A stretch of DNA of 64,000 nt from the human T2T-CHM13v2.0 reference genome, Homo sapiens. Both the position numbers and the translations under genes were made by a program. The stretch is from the NCBI RefSeq assembly GCF_009914755.1, contig NC_060927.1. The stretch is one strand, 5' to 3'. Under the pieces are notes generated by a model. The model was given only the letters and a program-made list of their open reading frames with translations. It did no database searches and was not told where the DNA came from. Shown one piece after another: positions 31,601 to 46,400 of this stretch. Position 1 is the first letter of the stretch. Each line of letters starts with the position of its first letter.

Positions 31601-34600
31601 ACATAAAATATCAAAGTACCCAAGGTATATATTCTATACTGTACAAAAAATATCAAAGTACCCAAAGCATGTATTATATACTGTATATAAAATAAGAAAG
31701 TACATTAAATATATTTTTTTTCTGTACATAAAATATCAAAGTACACCAGATATATATTCTATAGTGTACATAAAATAACAAAGTACACAAACTATAAATT
31801 ATATACTGTACATAAAATATGAAATTACATCAAATATATATTAGGTACATAAAATATGAAAGTACATCAAATATAGATTATGTACTGAACATATAATATC
31901 AATGTACCCCAAATATATATTTGATACTCTACATGAAATATCAAAGTTCAGAAACCATACATTATATACTGTACATAAAATATCAAAGTACCCAAGGTAT
32001 ATATTCTATACTGTACAAAAAATATCAAAGTACCCAAAGCATGTATTATATACTGTAGATAATATATGAAAGTACATCAAATATATATTTTATTCTGTAC
32101 ATAAAATATCAAAGTACACCAGATATATATTCTATAGTGTACATAAAATATCAAAGTACCCAAACTATACATTATATACTGTACATAAAATATGAAATTA
32201 CATCAAATATATATTAGGTACATAAAATATGAAAGTACATCAAATAGATATTTTATTCTGTACATAAAATATCAAAGTACACCAGATATATATTCTATAG
32301 TGTACATAAAATAACAAAGTACACAAACTATAAATTATATACTGTACATAAAATATGAAATTACATCAAATATATATTAGGTACATAAAATATGAAAGTA
32401 CATCAAATATAGATTATATACTGTACATATAATATCAATGTACCTGAAATATATATTTTATACTCTACATGAAATATCAAAGTTCACAAACCATATATTG
32501 TATAGTGCACATAAAATATCAAAATACCCAAGGTATATATTCTATACTGTACAAAAAATATCAAAGTACCCAAAGCAGGTATTATATACTGTACATAAAA
32601 TATGAAAGTACATCAAATATATATTTTCTTCTGTACATAAAATATCAAAGTACACCAGATATATATTCTATAGCGTACATAAAATATCAAAGTACACAAA
32701 CTATACATTATATACTGTACATAAAATATGAAATTACATCAAATATATATTATATTAGGTACATAAAATATGAAAGTACATCAAATATAGATTATATACT
32801 GTACATTAAATACCAAAGTACCCCAAATATATATTTTATACTGTACATGAAATTTCAAAGTTCACAAACTATATATTATATACTGTACATAAAATATCAA
32901 AGTACCCAAGGTATATATTCTATAGTGTACAAAAAATATCAAAGTACCCAAAGCATGTATTATATACTGTACATAAAATATGAAAGTACATCAAATATAT
33001 ATTTTATTCTGTACATAAAATATCAAAGTACACCAGATATATATTCTATAGTGTATATAAAATATCAAAGTACCCAAACTATACATTATATACTGTACAT
33101 AAAATATGAAATTACATCAAATATATATTATATTAGGTACATAAAATATGAAAGTACATGAAGTATAGATTATATACTGTACATAAAATATCAAAGTACC
33201 CCAAATTTATATTATATACTATACATGAAATATCAAAGTTCACAAACTATATATTATATACTGTACATAAAATATCAAAGTACCCAAGGTATATATTCTA
33301 TAGTGTACAAAAAATATCAAAGTACCCAAAGCATGTATTATATACCGTACATAAAATATAAAATTACATCAAATATATATTTTATTCTGTACATAAAATA
33401 TCAAAGTACACCAGATATATATACTATAGTGTACATAAAATATCAAAGTACCCAAACTATACATTATACATTGTACATAAAATATGAAATTATATCAAAT
33501 ATATATTAGGTACATAAAATATGAAAGTACATCAAATATAGATTATATACTGTAAATATAATATCAATGTACCCCAAATATATATTTTATACTCTACATG
33601 AAATATCAAAGTTCACAAACCATATATTATATACTGTACATAAAATATCAAAGTACCCAAGTTATATATTCTATACTGTACAAAAAATATCAAAGTACCC
33701 AAAGCATGTATTATATACTGTACATAAAATATGAAAGTACATCAAATATATATTTTATTCTGTACATAAAATATCAAAGTACACCAGATATATATTCTAT
33801 AGTGTACATAAAATGTCAAAGTACCCAAACTATACATTATATACTGTACATAAAATATGTAATTACATCAAATATATATTATATTAGGTACATAAAATAA
33901 GAAAGTACATCAAATATAGATTATATACTGTACATAAAATATCAAAGTACCCCAAATATATATTATATACTCTACATGAAATATCAAAGTTCACAAACTA
34001 TATATTATATACTGTACATAAAATATCAAAGTACCCAAGGTATATATTCTATACTGTACAAAAAATATCAAAGTATCCAAAGCATGTTTTATATACTGTA
34101 TATAAAATATGAAAATACATTAAATATATATTTTATTCTGTACATAAAATATCAAAGTACACCAGATATATATTCTATAGTGTACATAAAATAACAAAGT
34201 ACACAAACTATAAATTATATACTGTACGTAAAATATGAAATTACATCAAATATATATTAGGTACATAAAATATGAAAGTACATCAAATATAGATTATATA
34301 CTGTACATATAATATCAATGTACCCCAAATATATATTTTATACTCTACATGAAATATCAAAGTTCACAAACCATACATTATATACTTTCCATAAAATATC
34401 AAAGTACCCATGGCATATATTCTATACTGTACAAAAGATATCAAAGTACCCAAAGCATGTATTATATACTGTACATAAAATATGAAAGTACATCAAATAT
34501 ATATTTTATTCTGTACATAAAATATCAAAGTACACCAGATATATATTCTATAGTGTACATAAAATATCAAAGTACCCAAACTATATATTATGTACTGTAC

Positions 34601-37600
34601 ATAAAATATGAAATTATATCAAATATGTATTATATTAGGTACATAAAATATGAAAGTACATCAAATATAGATTATATACCGTACATAAAATATCAAAGTA
34701 CCCCAAATATATATTATATACTATACATGAAATATCAAATATCACAAACTATATATTATATACTGTACATAAAATATCAAAGTACCCAATGTATATATTC
34801 TATAGTGTACAAAAAATATCAAAGTACCCAAAGCATGTATTATATACTGTACATAAAATATAAAAGTACATCAAATATATATTTTATTCTGTACATAAAA
34901 TATGAAAGTACACCAGATATATATTCTATAGTGTACATAAAATATCAAAGTACCCAAACTATACATTATATACTGTACATAAAATATGAAATTACATCAA
35001 ATATATATTATATCAGGTACTTAAAATATGAAAGTACATCAAATATAGATTATATACTGTACATAAAATATCAAAGTACCCCAAATATATATTATATACT
35101 GTACATGAAATATCAAAGTTCACAACTATATATTATATACTGTACATAAAATATCAAAGTCCCCAAGGTATATATTCTACACTGTACAAAAAATATCAAA
35201 GTACACAAAGCATGTATTATATACTGTACATAAAATATGAAATTACATCAAATATATATTATATTAGGTACATAAAATATGAAAGTACATCAAATATAGA
35301 TTATATACTGTACATAAAATATCAAAGTACCCCAAATATATATTATATACTGTACATGTAATATCAAAGTTCACAACTATATATTACATACTGTACATAA
35401 AATATCAAAGTACCCAAGGTATATATTCTATACTGTACAAAAAATATCAAAGTACCCAAAGCATGTATTATATACTGTACATAAAATATGAAAGTACATC
35501 AAATATATATTTTATTCTGTACATAAAATATCAAAGTACACCAGATATATATTCTATAGTGTATATAAAATATCAAAGTACCCAAACTATACATTATATA
35601 CTGTACATAAAATATGAAATTACATCAAATATATATTATATTAGGTACATAAAATATGAAAGTACATGAAGTATAGATTATATACTGTATATAAAATATC
35701 AAAGTACCCCAAATTTATATTATATACTATACATGAAATATCAAAGTTCACAAACTATATATTATATACTGTACATAAAATATCAAAGTACCCAAGGTAT
35801 ATATTCTATAGTGTACAAAAAATATCAAAGTACCCAAAGCATGTATTATATACCGTACATAAAATATAAAATTACATCAAATATATATTTTATTCTGTAC
35901 ATAAAATATCAAAGTACACCAGATATATATTCTATAGAGTACATAAAATATCAAAGTACCCAAACTATACATTACATACTGTACATAAAATATGAAATTA
36001 CATCAAATATATATTATAATAGGTACATAAAGTATGAAAGTACATCAAATATAGATTATATACTGTACATTAAATACGAAAGTACCCCAAATATATATTT
36101 TATACTGTACATGAAATATCAAAGTACCCAAGGTATATATTCTATACTGTACAAAAAATATCAAAGTACCCAAAGCATGTATTACAAACTGTACAGAAAA
36201 TATGAAAGTCCATCAAATATATATTTTATTCTGTACATAAAATATCAAAGAACACCAGATATATATTCTATAGTGTACATAAAATATCAAACTACCCAAA
36301 CTATACATTATATACTGTACATAAAATATGAAATTACATCATATATATATTAGGTACATAAAATATGAAAGTACATCAAATATAGATTATATACTGTACA
36401 TATAATATCAATGTACCCGAAATATATATTTTATACTCTACATGAAATATCAAAGTTCACAAACCATATATTGTATACTGCACATAAAATATCAAAATAC
36501 CCAAGGTATATATTCTATACTGTACAAAAAATATCAAAGTACCCAAAGCAGGTATTATATACTGTACATAAAATATGAAAGTACATCAAATATATATTTT
36601 ATTCTGTACATAAAATATCAAAGTACACCAGATATATATTCTATAGCGTACATAAAATATCAAAGTACACAAACTATACATTACATACTGTACATAAAAT
36701 ATGAAATTACATCAAATATATATTATATTAGGTACATAAAATATGAAAGTACATCAAATATAGATTATATACTGTAAATATAATATCAATGTACCCCAAA
36801 TATATATTTTATACTCTACATGAAATATCAAAGTTCACAAACCATATATTATATACTGTACATAAAATATCAAAGTACCCAAGGTATATATTCTATAGTG
36901 TACAAAAAATATCAAAGTACCCAAAGCATGTATTATATACTGTACATAAAATATGAAAGTACATCAAATATATATTTTATTCTGTACATAAAATATCAAA
37001 GTACACCAGATATATATTCTATAGTGTATATAAAATATCAAAGTACCCAAACTATACATTATATACTGTACATAAAATATGAAATTACATCAAATATATA
37101 TTATATTAGGTACATAAAATATGAAAGTACATGAAGTATAGATTATATACTGTACATAAAATATCAAAGAACCCCAAATTTATATTATACACTATACATG
37201 AAATATCAAAGTTCACAAACTATATATTATATACTGTACATAAAATATCAAAGTACCCAAGGTATATATTCTATAGTGTACAAAAAATATCAAAGTACCC
37301 AAAGCATGTATTATATACCGTACATAAAATATAAAATTACATCAAATATATATTTTATTCTGTACATAAAATATCAAAGTACACCAGATATATATACTAT
37401 AGTGTACATAAAATATCAAAGTACCCAAACTATACATTATACACTGTACATAAAATATGAAATTATATCAAATATATATTAGGTACATAAAATATGAAAG
37501 TACACCAAATATAGATTATATACTGTAAATATAATATCAATGTACCCCAAATATATATTTTATACTCTACATGAAATATCAAAGTTCACAAACCATATAT

Positions 37601-38899
37601 TATATACTGTACATAAAATATCAAAGTACCCAAGTTATATATTCTATACTGTACAAAATATATCAAAGTACCCAAAGCATGTATTATATACTGTACATAA
37701 AATATGAAAGTACATCAAATATATATTTTATTCTGTACATAAAATATCAAAGTACACTAGATATATATTCTATAGTGTACATAAAACATCAAAATACCCA
37801 AACTATACATTATATACTGTACATAAAATATGAGATTACATCAAATATATATTATATTAGGTACATAAAATATGAAAGTACATCAAATATAGATTATATA
37901 CTGTACATAAAATATCAAAGTACCCCGAATACATATTATATACTCTACATGAAATATCAAAGTTCACAAACTATATATTATATACTGTACATAAAATATC
38001 AAAGTACCCAATGTATATATTCTATACTGTACAAAAAATATCAAAGTACCCAAAGCATGTATTATATACTGTATATAAAATAAGAAAGTACATTAAATAT
38101 ATATTTTATTCTGTACATAAAATATCAAAGTACACCAGATATATATTCTATAGTGTACATAAAATAACAAAGTACACAAACTATAAATTATATACTGTAC
38201 ATAAAATATGAAATTACATCAAATATATATTAGGTACATAAAATATGAAATTACATCAAATATAGATTATATACTGAACATATAATATCAATGTACCCCA
38301 AATATATATTTGATACTCTACATGAAATATCAAAGTTCAGAAACCATACATTATATACTGTACATAAAATATCAAAGTACCCAAGGTATATATTCTATAC
38401 TGTACAAAAAATATCAAAGTACCCAAAGCATGTATTATATACTGTAGATAATATATGAAAGTACATCAAATATATATTTTATTCTGTACATAAAATATCA
38501 AAGTACACCAGATATATATTCTATAGTGTACATAAAATATCAAAGTACCCAAACTATACATTATATACTGTACATAAAATATGAAATTACATCAAATATA
38601 TATTAGGTACATAAAATATGAAAGTACATCAAATAGATATTTTATTCTGTACATAAAATATCAAAGTACACCAGATATATATTCTATACTGTACAAAAAA
38701 TATCAAAGTACACAAAGCATGTATTATATACTGTACATAAAATATGAAATTACATCAAATATATATTATATTAGGTACATGAAATATGAAAGTACATCAA
38801 ATATAGATTATATACTGTACATAAAATATGAAAGTACCCCAAATATATATTATATACTCTACATGAAATATCAAAGTTCACAAACTATATATTATATAC

Positions 38900-40220
38900 T
38901 GTACATAAAATATCAAAGTACCCAAGGTATATATTCTATACTGCACAAAAAATATCAAAGTACCCAAAGCATGTATTATATACTGTATATAAAATATGAA
39001 AGTACATCAAATATATATTTTATTCTGTACATAAAATATCAAAGTACACCAGATATATATTCTATAGTGTACATAAAATATCAAAGTACCCAAACTATAC
39101 ATTATATACTGTACATAAAATATGAAATTACATCAAATATATATTATATTAGGTACATAAAATACGAAAGTACATCAAATATAGATTATATACTGTACAT
39201 AAAATATCAAAGTACCCCAATATATATTATATACTGTACATGAAATATCAAAGTTCACAAACTATATATTATGTACTGTACATAAAATATCAAAGTACCC
39301 AAGGTATATATTCTATACTGTACAAAAAATATCAAAGTACCCAAAGCATGTATTATATAATGTACATAAAATATGAAAGTACATCAAATATATATTTTAT
39401 TCTGTACATAAAATATCAAAGAACACCAGATATATATTCTATAGTGTACATAAAATATCAAATTACCCAAACTATACATTATATACTGTACATAAAATAT
39501 GAAATTACAGCAAATATATATTATATTAGGTACATAAAATATGAAAGTACATCAAATATAGATTATATACTGTACATTAAATACCAAAGTACCCCAAATA
39601 TATATTTTATACTGTACATGAAATATCAAAGTTCACAAACTATATATTATATACTGTACATAAAATATCAATGTACCCAAGGTATATATTCTATACTGCA
39701 CAAAAAATATCAAAGTACCCAAAGCATGTATTATATACTGTATATAAAATATGAAAGTACATCAAATATATATTTTATTCTGTACATAAAATATCAAAGT
39801 ACACCAGATATATATTCTATAGTGTACATAAAATATCAAAGTACCCAAACTATACATTATATACTGTACATAAAATATGAAATTACATCAAATATATATT
39901 ATATTAGGTACATAAAATACGAAAGTACATCAAATATAGATTATATACTGTACATAAAATATCAAAGTACCCCAATATATATTATATACTGTACATGAAA
40001 TATCAAAGTTCACAAACTATATATTATGTACTGTACATAAAATATCAAAGTACCCAAGGTATATATTCTATACTGTACAAAAAATATCAAAGTACCCAAA
40101 GCATGTATTATATAATGTACATAAAATATGAAAGTACATCAAATATATATTTTATTCTGTACATAAAATATCAAAGAACACCAGATATATATTCTATAGT
40201 GTACATAAAATATCAAAGTA
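38900..40220 (+). repeat. Local tandem duplication, period 755 bp (378+377)
   Basis: Units at 39240 and 39995 share the TACCCCAATATA deletion, AAATACGAAAG, CTGCACAAAA, TATAATGTAC and AAAGAACACC at 755-bp offset. Confidence 0.8.
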
Positions 40221-40440
40221 CCCAAACTATACATTATATACTGTACATAAAATATGAAATTACATCATATATATATTAGGTACATAAAATATGAAAGTAC
40301 ATCAAATATATATTTTATTCTGTACATAAAATATCAAAGTACACCAGATATATATTCTATAGTGTACATAAAATATCAAAGTACCCAAACTATACATTAT
40401 ATACTGTACATAAAATATGAAATTACAGCAAATATATATT

Positions 40441-43400
40441 AGGTACATAAAATATGAAAGTACATCAAATATAGATTATATACTGTACATAAAATATCAA
40501 AGTACCCTAAATATATATTATATAATATACATGAAATATCAAAGTTCACAAACTATATATTATATACTGTACATAAAATATCAAAGTACCCAAGGTATAT
40601 ATTCTATACTGTACAAAAAATATCAAAGTACCCAAAGCATGTATTATATACTGTATATAAAATATGAAAGTACATCAAATATATATTGGGTTCATAAAAT
40701 ATGAAAGTACATCAAATATAGATTATATACTGTACCTAAAATATCAAAGTACCCCAAATATATATTATATACTCTACATGAAATATCAAAGTTCACAAAC
40801 TATATATTATATACTGTACATAAAATATAAAACTAACCAAGGTATATATTCTATACTGTACAAAAAATATCAAAGTACCCAAAGCATGTATTATATACTG
40901 TATATAAAATATGAAAGTACATCAAATATATATTTTATTCTGCACATAAAATATCAAAATACACCAGATATATATTCTATAGTGTACATAAAATTACAAA
41001 GTACACAAACTATAAATTATATACTGTACATAAAATATGAAATTACATCAAGTATCTATTAGGTACATAAAATATTAACGTACATCAAATATAGATTTTA
41101 TACTGTACATAAAATATCAATGTACCCCAAATATATATTTTATACTCTACATGAAATATCAAAGTTCACAAACCATATATGATATACTGTACTTAAAATA
41201 TCAAAGTACCCAAGGTATATATTCTATACTGTACAAAAAATATCAAAGTACCCAAAGCATGTATTATATACTAAACATAAAATATGAAAGTACATCAAAT
41301 GTATATTTTATTCTGTACATAAAATATGAAAGTACACCAGATATATATTCTATAGTGTACATAAAATATCAAAGTACCCAAACTATACATTATATACTGT
41401 ACATAAAATATGAAATTACATCAAATATATATTATATTAGGTACATAAAATATGAAAGTACATCAAATATAAATTATATACTGTACATTAAATACCAAAG
41501 TACCCCAAATATATATTTTATACTGTACATGAAATATCAAAGTTCACAAAGTATATATTATATACTGTACATAAAATAACAAAGTATCCAAGGTATATAT
41601 TCTGTACTGTACAAAAAATATCGAAGTACCCAAAGCATGTATTATATACTGTACATAAAATATGAAAGTACATCAAATATATATTTTATTCTGTACATAA
41701 AATATCAAAGTACACCAGATATATATTCTATAGTGTACATAAAATATCAATGTACCCAAACTATACATTACATACTGTACATAAAATATGAAATTACATC
41801 AAATATATATTATATTAGGTACATAAATATGAAAGTACATCAAATATAGATTATATACTGTACATAAAATATCAAAGTACCCAAGGTATATATTCTATAC
41901 TGTACAAAAAATATCAAAGTACCCAAAGCATGTATTATATACTGTATATAAAATATGAAAGTACATCAAATATGTATTTTATTCTGTACATAAAATATCA
42001 AAGTACACCAGATATATATTCTATACTGTATATAAAATAACAAAGTACAAAAACTATAAATTATATACTGTACATAAAATATGAAATAACATCAAATATA
42101 TATTAGGTACATAAAATATGAACGTACATCAAATATAGATTATATACTGTACATAAAATATCAATGTACCCCAAATATATATTTTATACTCTACATGAAA
42201 TATCAAAGTTCACAAACCATATATTATATACTGTACATAAAATATCAAAGTACTCAAGGTATATATTCTATACTGTACAAAAAATATCAAAGTACCCAAA
42301 GCATGTATTATATACTGTACATAAAATATGAAAGTACATCAAATATATATTTTATTCTGTACATAAAATATCAAAGTACACCAGATATATATTCTATAGT
42401 GTACATAAAATATCAAAGTACCCAAACTATACATTATATACTGTACATAAAATATGAAATTACATCAAATATATTTTATATTAGGTACATAAACTATGAA
42501 AGTACATCATATATAGATTATATACTGTACATTAAATACCAAAGTACCCCAAATATATATTTTATACTGTACGTGAAATATCAAAGTTCACAAACCATAT
42601 ATTATATACTGTACATAAAATATGAAAGTACCCAAGGTATATATTCTATACTGTACAAAAAATATCAAAGTACCCAAAGCATGTATTATATACTGTACAT
42701 GAAATATGAAAGTACATCAAATATATATTTTATTCTGCACATAAAATATCAAAGTACACCAGATATATATTCTATAGTGTACATAAAATATCAAGGTACC
42801 CAAACTATACATTATATACTGTACATAAAATATGAAATTACATCAAATATATATTAGGTACATAAAATATGAAAGTACATCAAATATAGATTATATACTG
42901 TACATTAAATACCAAAGTACCCCAAATATATATTTTATACTGTACATGAAATATCAAAGTTCACAAACTATATATTATATATTGTACATAAAATATCAAA
43001 GTACCCAAGGTATATATTCTATACTGTACAAAAGATATCAACGTACCCAAAGCATGTATTATATACTGTACATAAAATATGAAAGTACATCAAATATATA
43101 TTTTATTCTGTACATAAAATATCAAAGTACACCAGATATATATTCTATACTGTACATAAAATAACAAAGTACACAAACTATACATTATATACTGTACATA
43201 AAATATGAAATTACATCAAATATATATTATGTACATAAAATATGAAAGTACATCAAATATAGATTATATACTGAACATATAATATCAATGTACCCCAAAT
43301 ATATATTTTATACTTTATATGAAATATCAAAGTTCAGAAACCATACATTATATACTGTACATAAAATATCAAAGTACCCAAGGTATATATTCTATACTGT

Positions 43401-46400
43401 ACAAAAAATATCAAAGTACCCAAAGCATGTATTATATACTGTACATAAAATATGAAAGTACATCAAATATATATTTTATTCTGTACATAAAATATCAAAG
43501 TACACCAGATATATATTCTATAGTGTACATAAAATATCAAAGTACCCAAACTATACATTATATACTGTACATAAAATATGAAATTACATCAAATATATAT
43601 TAGGTACATAAAATATGAAAGTACATAAAATATAGATTATATACTGTACATAAAATATCAAAGTACCCCAAATATATATTATATACTCTATATGAAATAT
43701 CAAATTTCACAAACTATATATTATATACTGTACATAAAATATCAAAGTACCCAAGGTATATATTCTATACTGTACAAAAAATATCAGAGTACCCAAAGCA
43801 TGTATTATATACTGTATATAAAATATGAAAGTACATTAAAGATATATTTTATTCTGTACAAAAAATATCAAAGTACACCAGACATATATTCTATAGTGTA
43901 CATAAAATAACAATGTACACAAACTATAAATTATATACTGTACATAAAATATGAAATTACATCAAATATATATTAGGTACATAAAATATGAAAGTACATC
44001 AAATATAGATTATATACTGTACATTAAATACCAAAGTAACCCAAATATATATTTTATACTCTACATGAAATATCAAAGTTCACAAACCATACATTATATA
44101 CTGTACATAAAATATCAAAGTACCCAAGGTATATATTCTATACTGTACAAATAATATCAAACTACCCAAAGCATGTATTATAAACTGTACCTAAAATATG
44201 AAAGTACATCAAATATATATTTTATTCTGTACATAGAATATCAAAGTACACCTGATATATATTCTATAGTGTACATAAAATATCAAAGTACCCAAACTAT
44301 ACATTATATACTGTACATAAAATATGAAATTACATCAAATATATATTAGGTACATAAAATATGAAAGTACATAAAATATAGATTATATACTGTACATAAA
44401 ATATCAAAGTACCCCAAATATATATTATATACTCTACATGAAATATCAAAGTTCACAAACTATATATTATATACTGTACATAAAATATCAAAGTACCCAA
44501 GGTATATATTCTATACTGTACAAAAAATATCAAAGTACCCAAAGGATGTATTATATACTGTACATAAAATATGAAAGTACATCAAATATATATTTTATTC
44601 TGTACATAAAATATCAAAGTACACCCGATATATATTCTATAGTGTACATAAAATAACAAAGTACCCAAACTATACATTATATACTGTACATAAAATATGA
44701 AATTACATCAAATATATATTAGGTACATAAAATATGAAAGTACATCAAATATAGATTATATACTGTACATAAAATATCAAAGTACCCCAAATATATATTT
44801 TATACCGTACATGAAATACCAAATTTCACAAACTATATATTATATACTGTACATAAAATATCAAAGTACCCAAGGTATATATTCTATACTGTACAAAAAA
44901 TATCAAAGTACCAAAAGCATGTATTATATACTGTACATAAAATATGAAAGTACATCAAATATATATTTTATTCTGTACATAAAATATCAAAGTACACCAG
45001 ACATATATTCTATAGTGTACATAAAATATCAAAGTACCCAAACTATACATTATATACTGTACATAAAATATGATATTACATCAAATATATTTTAAATTAG
45101 GTACATAAAATATGAAAGTACATCAAATATAGATTATATGCTGTACATTAAATACCAAAGTACCCCAAATATATATTTTATACTGTACATGAAATATCAA
45201 AGTTCACAAACTATATATTATATACTGTATATAAAATATCAAAGTACCCAAGGTATATATTCTATACGGTACCAAAAATATCAAAGTACCCAAAGCACGT
45301 ATTATATACTGTACATAAAATATGAAAGTACATCAAATATATATTTTATTCTGTACATAAAATATCAAAGTACACCAGATATATATTCTATAGTGTACAT
45401 AAAATATCAAAGTACCCAAACTATACATTATATACTGTACATAAAATATGAAATTACACCAAATATATATTAGGTACATAAAATATGAAAGTACATCAAA
45501 TATAGATTATATACTGTACATAAAACATCAATGTACCCCAAATATATATTATATACTCTACATGAAATATCAAAGTTCACACACTATATATTATATACTG
45601 TACATAAAATAAAGTACCCAAGGTACATATTCTATACTGTACAAAAAATATCAAAGTACCCAAAGCGTGTATTATATACTGTATATAAAATATGAAAGTA
45701 CATCTAATATATATTTTATTCTGTACATAAAATATCAAAGTACACCAGATATATATTCTATAGTGTACATAAAATAACAAAGTACAAAAACTATAAATTA
45801 TATACTGTACATAAAATATGAAATTACATCAAATATATATTAGGTACATAAAATATGAAAGTACATCAAATATAGATTATATACTGTAGATAAAATATCA
45901 ATGTACCCCAAATATATATTTTATACTCTACATGAAATATCAAACTTCACAAACCATATATTATATACTGTACATAAAATATTGAAGTACCCAAGGTATA
46001 TATTCTATACTATACAAAAAATATCAAAGTACCCAAAGCATGTATTATATACTGTACATAAAATATGAAAGTACATCCAATATATATTTTATTCTGTACA
46101 TAAAACATCAAAGTACACCAGATATATATTCTATAGTGTACATAAAATATCAAAGTACCCAAACTATACATTATATACTGTACATAAAATATGAAATTAC
46201 ATCAAATATATTTTATATTAGGTACATAAAATATGAAAGTACATCAAATATAGATTATATACTGTACATTAAATACCAAAGTATCCCAAATATATATTTT
46301 ATACTGTACATGAAATATCAAAGTTCACAAACTATATATTATATACTGTACATATAATATCAAAGTACCCAAGGTATATATTCTATACTGTACAAAAAAT

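Larger units (their letters stand above)
1..40440 (+). repeat. HSat1A sub-array domain A (751-bp dimer based, with 536-bp 13-mers)
   Basis: By hand count, about 54 units of 377/378 bp, about 31 of 372/373 bp, 12 of 536 bp, 2 of 541 bp and 3 truncated units. No two plain 373-bp units are adjacent. Diagnostic variants: AGCAGGTATT, TATAGCGTAC, GAAATTTCAA, CATGAAGTAT, TACCCGAAAT. Confidence 0.85.

Noticed and set aside
40681-40700. TATTGGGTTCAT as a foreign insertion or telomere-like seed
   Set aside because: It aligns to the short m7 end TATTAGGTACAT with two substitutions and no length change.
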